DNA of 14,548 nucleotides from an uncultured Chloroflexia bacterium (GTDB lineage: Bacteria; Chloroflexota; Limnocylindria; Limnocylindrales; CSP1-4). The notes below the pieces were generated by a model. That model was not told where the DNA came from. It did no database searches and was given only the letters and a program-made list of their open reading frames with translations. Made by a program: the position numbers and the translations under genes. The DNA lies in contig CAVVYR010000016.1 in NCBI GenBank assembly GCA_963752475.1, positions 1 to 14,548 of the forward strand. Direction: 5' to 3'. This document shows positions 1-8,459 of the stretch, piece by piece; position 1 is the stretch's first letter, and each line of letters opens with the position of its first letter.

Positions 1-15
1 ATGTTCCTTGCCGGC

Positions 16-936
16 TCAACTCATCGTATTGCTGATGAGCGAGATGAGCAGCACGCCCGCGAGGGTGCCCAGGATGGTGCCCCGGCCGCCCTTCAGGCTG
101 GCTCCGCCGATGATGACAGCGCTGATGGCGTCGAGGATGAGCAGGTCGCCGCCCATGCCCGAGGAGCCGGTGCCAAGGCGCGCGACGAGGGTCACGCCGG
201 CGAGTGCGGCTGCGAAGCCGGCGATGAGATAGGTGCTGAAGATGATGCGGTCGGTGGGGATGCCCGAGGCGCGTGCCGCGAGCGCATTTGTGCCGGTGGC
301 GTAGAGCATGCGGCCGTAGGCGGTGCGCTGCAGCAGCACGTAGGCCAGCACCGAGATCACGGCTACCGCGATGATGGGGATAGGCACCACGGAGCCGCTG
401 GCCGAGCCCATGCGGCGGAAGTCGCGCATGACCGGCCCGATGGTCACGCCCTTGGTGTACATGGCCGCGATACCGGTGGTCAGCACGAGCGTGGAGAGCG
501 TGACGATGAAGGGGGTCATCTTCACGCGTGCCACGGCCACGCCATTGAAGGCACCGAACGAAACGCCCACGGCGATCATGACGAGAACGCCCAGGAAGAT
601 GGCCTGTGACTGCACCAGCACATCTGCGCCGAGCACGCCACTCAATGCCAGCACACCCGCGAGCGACAGGTCGATGCCGCCACCGACGATGACGAAGGTC
701 TGGCCCAGGGCCATGAAGGCCACGACACACGACTGCAACAGCACGTTGGTCAGGTTCCGTACCGTGGCGAAGGCGGGGTTGGTGAGAGCTAGGACGATGG
801 CCACGATGGCCGCGGCGATCAGCGTCCAGCTGCTGTCGGCGCGTAACCAGCCCAGGATCAATGCCTGCCAGCGCGGTCGCGCGGCGATCGGCGAGTCGGC
901 TGCACTCATACGGCGTTGGGGCTTCGATCTCGTCAT
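16..936 (-). CDS. Sugar ABC transporter permease (RbsC-like, BPD_transp_2); C-terminus possibly truncated by an error
   Basis: Hydrophobic 306-aa ORF with family motifs GQTFVIVGGGIDLS, PFIVTL, YGRMLYATGTNALAARASGI and AISAVIIGGASLKGGRG. It stops at ...LISNTMS*, roughly one helix short of the paralogue at 2158-3192. Confidence 0.9.
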   Translation of the reverse strand: MTRSKPQRRMSAADSPIAARPRWQALILGWLRADSSWTLIAAAIVAIVLALTNPAFATVRNLTNVLLQSCVVAFMALGQTFVIVGGGIDLSLAGVLALSGVLGADVLVQSQAIFLGVLVMIAVGVSFGAFNGVAVARVKMTPFIVTLSTLVLTTGIAAMYTKGVTIGPVMRDFRRMGSASGSVVPIPIIAVAVISVLAYVLLQRTAYGRMLYATGTNALAARASGIPTDRIIFSTYLIAGFAAALAGVTLVARLGTGSSGMGGDLLILDAISAVIIGGASLKGGRGTILGTLAGVLLISLISNTMS

Positions 937-960
937 CCGATCCTCGTGTCGTGGAAGGAT

Positions 961-1001
961 CGCCGGGCGACCAGCACGCTCGTGCGCGCGGCCACCCGGC
1001 G
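961..1001 (-). terminator. GC-rich stem-loop downstream of the binding-protein gene (mRNA stabiliser or partial terminator)
   Basis: On the minus-strand RNA, CGCCGGGUGGCC (1001-990) pairs with GGUCGCCCGGCG (972-961): 12 bp including 2 G-U, plus an inner GCACG/CGUGC stem. No U-tract follows. Confidence 0.55.
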
Positions 1002-1020
1002 GTTCATCGGCGGCTAGCGA

Positions 1021-2040
1021 CTACTGCTCGACGTAGCCGTTGCCCCAGAAGGCGCTGCCCATCTCGAGGATGTTGTCGACCGTGCCGACGACGCCGGGCA
1101 GGGCGTTGAAGACGGGGTCGATCTCCTCGCAGGCGGCAAGTGTCAGGACGTTGTCCACTGGCATGCGCGCCCAGGCGATCGGGTCGTGCGCGATGTCGAC
1201 CGTGCTGTAGCCGTCCTGCAGGGACTTGGCGCCGTTCCCGTCGCCGTCGATCTGGGCCAGCATGATGTGGCCTTCCTCGCCGTAGGGCACGAGGCGGTCG
1301 TTTGTCTTGAGCGCCGACAGGACCGACGGCAGCAGGTAGTCAGAGGGGATGAAGATGGCGTTGATGTCCGGGTCGGCGTTGAGGGCGTTGGTCACCCCGT
1401 TGAGCGCCTTCTCGGGCTGCCACTCGGTAGGCACCTCGGCCACGATCTCGATGCCCAGTTCCTCGGCCACCTCGCGGAAGCCGGTGTCGCGATGGACCGC
1501 GTTGGGGTCGGTCAGGGCGCCGATGAGCGCCAGCACCTTGAGTTCGACGCCATCACGGTCGGCGAACTCCTTGAGCACTCGCGCGGCGTCCTTGCCGAAG
1601 GTGTAGTTGTCCGAGCCTACGAAGCTGGCCACGCCCTCCATCTCCGCCGGCGGCCGGTCGAAGAAGTGGATGGGCACGCCGCCCTCGTTGGCCGCGAAGA
1701 CGGACGTCAGGATGGCCTTGTCGTCGATGGGGTCGACGATGATGCCATCGACGCCTTGGGCCACGAGGTCCTCGATCTGGCCCGACTGCTTGTTGACGTC
1801 GTTGTCTGCCACGACCTCGACCAGTTCGAAGCCGAGCTCCTCCTGGTAGGCCTTGAGTTCTGCCTCGGTCACTTGCCACGTCGCGCTCATGAGCGACGGG
1901 AACGAGACGCCGATGGTGAGGTCGCTCGCATCACGCGGCGTGCAGTCCTCGGCCAGCACGGCGCCGGAGCCGACGGTCAGTGCGGCGCCCAATGCGAGCG
2001 CCACGCCGGCGCCCAGGGCCCTGTTCTTCCGGTTTGACAT
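1021..2040 (-). CDS. Sugar ABC transporter substrate-binding protein (RbsB-like, periplasmic binding protein type I)
   Basis: Signal peptide (basic N-terminus, hydrophobic core, AVLA|ED). Family motifs KQSGQIEDLVAQGVDGIIVDP, VGSDNYTFG and PDINAIF. SD AGGAGG upstream at about 2052-2057. Confidence 0.93.
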   Translation of the reverse strand: MSNRKNRALGAGVALALGAALTVGSGAVLAEDCTPRDASDLTIGVSFPSLMSATWQVTEAELKAYQEELGFELVEVVADNDVNKQSGQIEDLVAQGVDGIIVDPIDDKAILTSVFAANEGGVPIHFFDRPPAEMEGVASFVGSDNYTFGKDAARVLKEFADRDGVELKVLALIGALTDPNAVHRDTGFREVAEELGIEIVAEVPTEWQPEKALNGVTNALNADPDINAIFIPSDYLLPSVLSALKTNDRLVPYGEEGHIMLAQIDGDGNGAKSLQDGYSTVDIAHDPIAWARMPVDNVLTLAACEEIDPVFNALPGVVGTVDNILEMGSAFWGNGYVEQ

Positions 2041-2103
2041 TCTGCGTCTATCCTCCTGTGTGCCCGGAGCCGATGGAGCTAGCTTGCCTCTGGCCCGGGA
2101 CCC

Positions 2104-2139
2104 GGATCAGGCCCGTCCCTTCGTGGATGGGTCTGGTCC
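2104..2139. repeat. Imperfect 15-bp inverted repeat in the permease/binding-protein intergenic region
   Basis: GGATCAGGCCCGTCC (2104-2118), loop CTTCGT, GGATGGGTCTGGTCC (2125-2139). 12 Watson-Crick pairs plus 3 positions that are G-U on the plus strand. Confidence 0.6.
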
Positions 2140-2157
2140 ACCTCCGTATCGGATCGA

Positions 2158-3192
2158 TCAGGCGATACTCGGCGCGGTCACACCTCCTCCCTCTTCGGTC
2201 GTGCGGATCCGGCGCCCCTGCGCAGTACGGCGCCGGATGCGAATGGCGTCTGCGAAGACCGCGATGAGCATCACCGCGGCTCGGGCGATGGAGAACCAGT
2301 AGGGATCGGCGCCCGCGACGATGAGCCCGTTCTCGAGCATGGCCAGCATCAGCGCGCCGAAGAGCGTGCCGGGGATGATGCTGCCTTCGCCGCCGGCCAG
2401 GCTGGTACCGCCGAGGACGACCACGGTCACGGCTACGAACTCGGCGCCCAGGCCGGTGGCCGGATCGACCGTAGCCGAGCGCGAGAACCACATGACGCCG
2501 CCGATCGCCGCGGTCACCCCGCAGAGCACGTAGGCGATGGCCTTTGTGCGGTTGACGTTCACACCGCTGGCGATCGCGCCGCGCTCATTGCTGCCCACGG
2601 CCATGGCATGGCGACCGAAGGTGGTCTTGGACAGGATGAACTGGCCCGCGATAAGCACCAGGCCGCCCCAGATGATGGCCGTGGGGATGGGTCCCAGGTA
2701 GCCGGCGCCGAAGTCGTAGATGTGGTCGTCGTGGACCATCAGCGACGAGTTGTTGATGATGTACTGGCCGGTGCCGCGCAGCACGAACATCATGGCCAGC
2801 GTGGTGATCAGCGGGTTCACGCCCAGGCGTGTGATCGCGAGCGCGTTGACCAGGCCCACGACGGCGCCGATACCCATGGCGACCAGCAGCGCCAATGGGA
2901 TGGTCAGGATGTCGTTGAGGATGAGCTGCACGGCCACGGCCACGGCCACGAAGGCGGCCGAGCCGACCGAGATATCGATGCCGCCGGTGATGAGCACGAT
3001 GGTCAGGCCGGTGCCGATGATGGCCATGGGCATGGCCTGCATGGCGATGTTGCGCAGGTTCGCTGGTGCCAGGAACGTGCTCGGCTCGAGCAGGGCGAAG
3101 ACGAGGAACAGGGCCGCGAAGCTGACGTAGAAGCCGCGTGAGCGCAGGACCCCAAGGATGCGACTGCCGAACGTGCCTCCCATGGCCTCCAT
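2158..3192 (-). CDS. Sugar ABC transporter permease (RbsC-like)
   Basis: Motifs GLTIVLITGGIDISVGS, NPLITTLAM, FGRHAMAVGSNERGAIASGVNV and VVVLGGTSLAGGEG. The ATG at 3192 overlaps the reconstructed ATPase stop (TGATG). An alternative ATG lies at 3183. Confidence 0.93.
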   Translation of the reverse strand: MEAMGGTFGSRILGVLRSRGFYVSFAALFLVFALLEPSTFLAPANLRNIAMQAMPMAIIGTGLTIVLITGGIDISVGSAAFVAVAVAVQLILNDILTIPLALLVAMGIGAVVGLVNALAITRLGVNPLITTLAMMFVLRGTGQYIINNSSLMVHDDHIYDFGAGYLGPIPTAIIWGGLVLIAGQFILSKTTFGRHAMAVGSNERGAIASGVNVNRTKAIAYVLCGVTAAIGGVMWFSRSATVDPATGLGAEFVAVTVVVLGGTSLAGGEGSIIPGTLFGALMLAMLENGLIVAGADPYWFSIARAAVMLIAVFADAIRIRRRTAQGRRIRTTEEGGGVTAPSIA

Positions 3193-4691
3193 CAGCTACC
3201 GCCGGTCCCGTGGCGCAGGAGTTCCTCTTGGCTGGCATCGTCGGGGCGGATTCCTGCACCACCTCGCCCCGGCGCATGATCAGGATGCGATCGGCCAGCC
3301 GCATGATCTCCTCCATCTCCGAGGAGATGAGCAGGACCGAGGCGCCGGCCTCGGCCACGGCCAGGATGGTGCGTTGGATCTCGTCCTTGGCACCCACGTC
3401 GACGCCGCGCGTGGGCTCGTCGAGGATGTAGATGTCCGGACCGCGGGCGAGCCACTTGCCCAGCACCACCTTCTGCTGGTTGCCGCCGCTGAGGTTCTCG
3501 GCCTTGTGCTCGGGCCCCGAGGCGACGATACCGAGTCGGTCGATCTGCTCGCGCGCGATGGCCTCCTCACGCGAGCGCACGAGCCAGCCGATGGGCGTCC
3601 GCACCACGTTCTTGAGGCTGGCCATGGTCACGTTCTCACGCACGTTCATGCCCAGCACGAGCCCGTCATCGCGACGGTTCTCCGGTACGTAGCCGATGCC
3701 GGCTGCGATGGCCTTCGTGGGCTGCATGCGGTCGTGCAGCTGGCCTCGAACGGTGATCGTCCCACAGTCGGTCGGGTCGAGCCCGAAGATGGCCCGCGCC
3801 AGCTCACTGCGGCCAGAGCCGAGCAGACCCCAGATCCCGAGCACCTCGCCTTCACGCAACACGAACCGGACGTCCTCGATGTAGCCCTCGCGGGAGAGTC
3901 CCTCCACGCGCAGGGCCTCAGCCTCGCCGGGTGGCGTGGAGCGGCTGAGCGTGCTGCCGAGTGCGCGCCCGACCATCATGCGGATGACCTCGTCGTGGTT
4001 GGCCTCGCCTGTGTCCACGGTGCCCACGTTGCGGCCGTCGCGCATGACATTGATGCGGTCGGAGATCTTCGAAGATCTCGTTCATGAAGTGGGAGATGTA
4101 GATGACCGCCGTGCCGGCATCGCGCAGGCCGCGGATGACGGTGAAGAGCAGCTCGCGCTCGGCCACGGTCAGCGAGGAGGTGGGCTCATCGAAGATGATG
4201 AGCCGGACATCGTTAGAGAGCGCGCGGGCGATCTCGACCAGCTGCTGGTCGCCGATGGACAGGTCGCGCACGGGCGATCGCGCATCGACATGGACGCCCA
4301 GGCGTTCGAGGATCTCGGCCGCGTCATGCTCGATGCGCCGATGATCGACGAGGCCCAGAAGCTTGGGGTAGTTGCTGATGTAGATGTTCTCGGCCACCGT
4401 CAGCGACGGGCTCAGCGTCAGCTCCTGGTGGATGAAGGAGATGCCCGCGGCCTGCGCGTCGCGCGGGTTCGTGGGCGCGTACGCCTCGCCGCCGATGGTC
4501 ATCGTGCCGCTCTCCGCGGAAACCATCCCGCCGAGCACGTTCATGAGCGTGGACTTGCCCGCGCCGTTCTCGCCCACCAGCGCCAGCACCTCACCGCTTC
4601 GCGCCTCCAGGCTGACCTCGTCGAGTGCCTGGACACCACCGAACCGCTTGGACATGCGGTCCATGGCGAGAAGGGGAGCGGTGCTGGTCAT
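3192..4691 (-). CDS. Sugar ABC transporter ATP-binding protein (RbsA-like, two NBDs), broken by two single-base frameshifts
   Basis: Walker A GENGAGKS, LSIGDQQLVEIA, IIFDEPT and YISH in 4691-4070. After one extra base at about 4068 the frame continues FEISDRINVMRDG...LSGGNQQKV...ILDEPTRGVDVGAK...LISSEMEE. After one missing base at about 3251 it ends RPDDASQEELLRHGTGGS* at 3194-3192. Confidence 0.9.
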
Positions 4692-4724
4692 CAGCTCACC
4701 AGCGTTGGCGCGGATGCGTCACGG

Positions 4725-4964
4725 TCAGGTTTCCTCGTAGGTGGCCAGGACCGTGCCCACCTTCGCGTCGGTGCCGGCCTCGACAAGGATCTCGGTCAGG
4801 CGGCCGGTGGCCGGCATCTCCAGGTCCACGTTGGCCTTCTCGGTCTCGATCTCGGCGATGACCTCGCCTTCCATGACCGAGTCACCCACGGCCTTGAGCC
4901 AGCTGCTCACGCGGGCCTCGTCGGTCTCGGCCCCGAGGTTGGGCATCTTGATGGGCGTGCTCAT
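4725..4964 (-). CDS. Stand-alone lipoyl-domain protein (79 aa)
   Basis: IKMPNLG...WLKAVGDSV.EGEVIAEIETEKANVDLEMPATGRL..I....G....VGTVLA is a complete lipoyl domain with the acceptor Lys. Start placed at ATG 4964 because AGAGGAG lies just upstream; the ORF track start at 4982 overlaps the previous gene. Confidence 0.88.
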   Translation of the reverse strand: MSTPIKMPNLGAETDEARVSSWLKAVGDSVMEGEVIAEIETEKANVDLEMPATGRLTEILVEAGTDAKVGTVLATYEET

Positions 4965-4974
4965 GGCGCTCCTC

Positions 4975-7137
4975 TTAGTCATCCTTCCGGGCCGAAGAAA
5001 CGATGGCGGCGCGGATGTCGTCGTCCTGGATGTGTGTGAACGCCTCGAGCGGCTTGCTCACGGGCGAGTAGACATCGAGACCCGTGACCCGCAGCGGCGC
5101 CGTGCGCAGCAGCGCGTGTAGGTCGGGCTGCAGGTAGTCGAGCACCCGCGGGCCCATGGACAGCATGTGCTGGGCATCCTCGGCGATGACCAGGGCGCCG
5201 GTGCGCCCGACCGACTCGAGCACTGCCGCGCGCGGGAAGCTGGGCTCGTCGAGCCAGCGCGGGTCGATGACCTCGGCCTCGATGCCGCGTTCGGCCAGCT
5301 CGGCCACGACCTCGGCCACGCGCGTGGCGGCGTAGCCCCAGGTCAGCACGGTCACATCGCGCCCGGGCCGCACCAGCCGCGCCTTCCCGAACTCGACCAC
5401 GTGGTCGAAGCCGGCGCCCGGGAGCACACCCGTGGTCTTGGCCAGGCGATGGTCGTCGATGATGAGCACCGGGTCGCGACTGAGCACGGCCGCGTTCCAG
5501 CAGCCGACGTAGTCGGCCGGGGTGGTGGGCGCGGCCACGCGCCAGCCGGGATACGACGTGAAGAGGCCGGCCGGGTCGCAGGAGTGCTGCGGTCCATAGC
5601 CGCGCCCGCGAGCGATCTGCGTGCGCGCGATGACGGGCACCTCGTGGTCGCCGCCATACATGTAGCGGCTCTTGGCGATGTGGTTGAAGAGCTGGTCGGT
5701 GGCCTCGAGTACGAAGTCGGGGTACATGAACTCGATGATCGGATGCATGCCCGCGAGCGCCGCTCCCAGGGCTGCGCCACTGAAGCCGTTCTCGCAGATG
5801 GGCGTCGAGAGGAGCTGCTGCGGGCGCGAGGCCACGGCTGAACGGGTCATGCCCACCGTGCCGCCGCCGAGGTGGCCGACCTCCTCGCCCAGGTAGATGG
5901 CCTCTGGGTCACGCTCGAGCGTGCGACCGATGACGCCCTGCGCGGCCTCGGCGTAGGTGACCGGCGCAGCCTCAGGGTCCGGCGTCGCGTCGAGGCGCTC
6001 GTAAGGGAGGTCCGGGAGGCCCGGGCCGAGCATGCCGCGATGGGCGTCCTCGACCGGCGGGTAGAGCTCGGGCGGGATGGCTGGTCCGTCGTCGGTCTCG
6101 ACCGTCAGTGCCGCCACGCAGCGGGCCACGAGCGCGTTGGCCAGGCCCTGCACGTGCTGCACTTGCTCGGCACTGAGCAGCTCGGCCTCGATCACGCCGC
6201 GAGGCCAGGCGACCGCTGGGTCGCGACCCTTCCATTCGCGCTCCTCGTCCTTGCTGCGGTACTTGAAGGCCGAGCCGGGGAGGGGACCGTTCTGGTGGTA
6301 GTAGCGGTAGGTGATGGCTTCGACGAAGATCGGCCCGTGCGTGACCGCATGCTCGCGTGCCTGAGCCATCGCCTCGTACACCGCCACCGGGTCCATGCCG
6401 TCGACCACGAGCGCGGGCATGTCGTAGCCCGCGGCCCGTTTGGCCAGGCGTGTGAAGCCGGCCGTCTCCTGCACGGTGGTAGCGACCGAGTACTGGTTGT
6501 TCTCCAGCAGCAGGATGAGTGGCAGATCCCATGCCCGCGCCAGCGCCGCCGCTTCGTGGAAGGAACCGATCTGGCTGGCGCCGTCACCGAAGGAGGCCAC
6601 GCCCACGTCGCCCGTGCCGCGCAGCTTGGAGGCCAAGGCGTAGCCGCCCGCTGGCGGGATACCGCCACCGACGATGGCCGTGGTCATCACGCCACCGGCT
6701 CGGTCCCAAAGGTGCATCGAGCCGCCGCGGCCGTGGCAGAGCCCTTGTTCGAGGCCCATGATCTCAGCCATCGTTCGCTGCACGGGGTCGGCCATGGCCT
6801 CGGTCACCGTCTCGGCGGTGAAGGGGTCGAAGTCATCCGGGGTGGCCGAGAGCAGCAGCTTGGCCACCACGTCGTGATGGGCGCGGTGGGTCGAGGTCAG
6901 CCAGTCACTCGGGCGCAGGGCCAGGGCCGCGCCCGTGGCCGTGGCCTCCTGGCCGATGCTCGAGTGCAGCGGTCCGTGCACCAGGCCCGCGTTGTCGAGC
7001 AGCCACTTCTCGAAGCGACGGATGGTCCCGATGCTGAGGATGGCCAGCCCCAGGCGGCGCTTGGGCGTGCCGGCGAGCACGTCCGTGGACAGCTCGTAGC
7101 GGGTGAGGTCGGGTGCCGTCGTCGGCTCTGCGGTCAT
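4975..7137 (-). CDS. ThDP-dependent 2-oxoacid/acetoin dehydrogenase-like E1, alpha-beta fusion (720 aa)
   Basis: Alpha part: HSSIGQEA, STHRAH, GRGGSMH and the ThDP motif GDGA...ENN. Beta part: LGEEV, TPICENG, EFMYPDF, GPQHS, GRDVTV and EVIDPRWL. Uninterrupted frame; SD GGGGGAG. Confidence 0.92.
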   Translation of the reverse strand: MTAEPTTAPDLTRYELSTDVLAGTPKRRLGLAILSIGTIRRFEKWLLDNAGLVHGPLHSSIGQEATATGAALALRPSDWLTSTHRAHHDVVAKLLLSATPDDFDPFTAETVTEAMADPVQRTMAEIMGLEQGLCHGRGGSMHLWDRAGGVMTTAIVGGGIPPAGGYALASKLRGTGDVGVASFGDGASQIGSFHEAAALARAWDLPLILLLENNQYSVATTVQETAGFTRLAKRAAGYDMPALVVDGMDPVAVYEAMAQAREHAVTHGPIFVEAITYRYYHQNGPLPGSAFKYRSKDEEREWKGRDPAVAWPRGVIEAELLSAEQVQHVQGLANALVARCVAALTVETDDGPAIPPELYPPVEDAHRGMLGPGLPDLPYERLDATPDPEAAPVTYAEAAQGVIGRTLERDPEAIYLGEEVGHLGGGTVGMTRSAVASRPQQLLSTPICENGFSGAALGAALAGMHPIIEFMYPDFVLEATDQLFNHIAKSRYMYGGDHEVPVIARTQIARGRGYGPQHSCDPAGLFTSYPGWRVAAPTTPADYVGCWNAAVLSRDPVLIIDDHRLAKTTGVLPGAGFDHVVEFGKARLVRPGRDVTVLTWGYAATRVAEVVAELAERGIEAEVIDPRWLDEPSFPRAAVLESVGRTGALVIAEDAQHMLSMGPRVLDYLQPDLHALLRTAPLRVTGLDVYSPVSKPLEAFTHIQDDDIRAAIVSSARKDD

Positions 7138-7156
7138 GGTGCTCCCCCTGCTGGGC

Positions 7157-7435
7157 TCAGGCGATGGTCTCGGGGATCTCGTCGGGCATGGCCTCGCCAG
7201 GCGCGAGGATGACCGCGATCACGGTGTTGTTGGGCACGATGTCGCCCTCGCCGTGGACGATCTTCGCGAGCACGCCGGCCGCGGTCGCCTCCAGCTCCAC
7301 GGTGGCCTTGTCGGTCTCGACCTCCACGACGGGCTGACCCTTGCTGACGCTGTCACCCTCGGACACGAGCCAGGAGACGATCTCGCCCTCCTCCTGGTTC
7401 ATGCCCAGCTTCGGCAGTGGGAAGAACGTGGCCAT
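7157..7435 (-). CDS. Stand-alone lipoyl-domain protein (92 aa)
   Basis: LPKLG..QEEGEIVSWLVSEGDSVSKGQPVVEVETDKATVELEATAAGVLAKI with canonical ETDKA, then a short acidic tail and a stop. SD AAGGAGG. No acyltransferase domain follows. Confidence 0.92.
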   Translation of the reverse strand: MATFFPLPKLGMNQEEGEIVSWLVSEGDSVSKGQPVVEVETDKATVELEATAAGVLAKIVHGEGDIVPNNTVIAVILAPGEAMPDEIPETIA

Positions 7436-7456
7436 CGGTGTTGGACCTCCTTCGCC

Positions 7457-8425
7457 TCAGCGGCCGACGGCAGCGAGGACGGTTCGTTCGATGCGGGCCT
7501 CGTCGGGGATGACGAGGGCCTCGAGTGCGCGGTTGTAGGGCATGGGCACGTCGAGCCCGGCCACGATGCGCGGCTGCTCCTTGATCAGCTCGAAGCCGCG
7601 CTCCACGACCTGGGAGACGATCTCCCCGCCGATGTTCGAGCGCCGGTTGGCCTCGTGGACCACGACCAGTCGGCCGGTCTTCTCGAGAGAGGCCAGGACG
7701 GTGTCGTAGTCGAAGGGATAGACGGTGCGCGGGTCGATGACCTCGCACTCCACCCCTTCAGCCGCGAGCCGCTCGGCCGCGGCCATGGCCTTGTGACGCA
7801 TGATGCTGATGGCCACGACGGTGACGTCATCGCCCTCGCGGACGACATCGGCCTGACCGAAGGGGATGGTGTATTCCTCGACCGGCACCTCGCCCTTGAT
7901 CTCGTAGCCACGCTTGTGCTCGAAGAAGAGCACCGGATCATCACTGCGGATGGCCGTGCGCAGCAGGCCCTTCACGTCGGCCGGGGTCGAGGGCATGACG
8001 ATCTGCAGGCCGGGCACGGCGCTGAACCAGTTCTCGAACGACTGGCTGTGCTGTGCCGCCTGCCCGCCGCCGGCGCCGACCGGGGCGCGGATGACCAGGG
8101 GCACGCTGATGGCGCCACCGAACATGTAGCGGATCTTGGCGATCTGGTTGACCAGCTGGTCCATGCCGATGGTGATCCAGTCGCTGAAGAGGATCTCGGC
8201 GATGGGTCGCAGGCCGGTGGCCGCGGCACCCAGTGAGCTGCCCACGATGGCGGCTTCACTGATGGGCGTGTCCAGCACGCGCTGCGGCCCGAACTCCTCG
8301 TACAGCCCCTTGGTCACGCCGAAAGGGTTGCCGCGCACGCCCACGTCGCAGCCGAGGATGATGACCGTGGGGTCACGCTGCATCTCCTCGCGCAGCGTCT
8401 CGTTGATGGCGCGCTTGACGTTCAT
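7457..8425 (-). CDS. Pyruvate/acetoin dehydrogenase-like E1 beta subunit (AcoB/PdhB family)
   Basis: AINETLREEMQRDP, GCDVG, RVLDTPISEAAIVG, DQLVNQIAKIRYMFGG, AAQHSQS, DDPVLFFEHK and EVIDPRT. Start is uncertain: in-frame ATG at 8425, or ATG at 8463 (ATGA overlap with the alpha stop) if one further base is missing near 8453. Confidence 0.9.
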   Translation of the reverse strand: MNVKRAINETLREEMQRDPTVIILGCDVGVRGNPFGVTKGLYEEFGPQRVLDTPISEAAIVGSSLGAAATGLRPIAEILFSDWITIGMDQLVNQIAKIRYMFGGAISVPLVIRAPVGAGGGQAAQHSQSFENWFSAVPGLQIVMPSTPADVKGLLRTAIRSDDPVLFFEHKRGYEIKGEVPVEEYTIPFGQADVVREGDDVTVVAISIMRHKAMAAAERLAAEGVECEVIDPRTVYPFDYDTVLASLEKTGRLVVVHEANRRSNIGGEIVSQVVERGFELIKEQPRIVAGLDVPMPYNRALEALVIPDEARIERTVLAAVGR

Positions 8426-8459
8426 GCGGCGGGGCTGGACCTCGGCGCTGGTGTGGCCG

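Noticed and set aside
2929-2950. CACGGC tandem repeat (about 3.7 copies)
   Set aside because: Simply encodes VAVAVAV in a transmembrane helix, in frame.
2585-4045. 486-aa ATPase with a long His/Arg-rich tail
   Set aside because: The tail is off-frame read-through over the permease caused by the indel at about 3251.
4725-7435. Small proteins as biotin carboxyl carriers or GcvH
   Set aside because: They carry E2-type ET(D/E)KA and N-terminal (M/L)PxLG motifs, not AMKM or the longer GcvH pattern.
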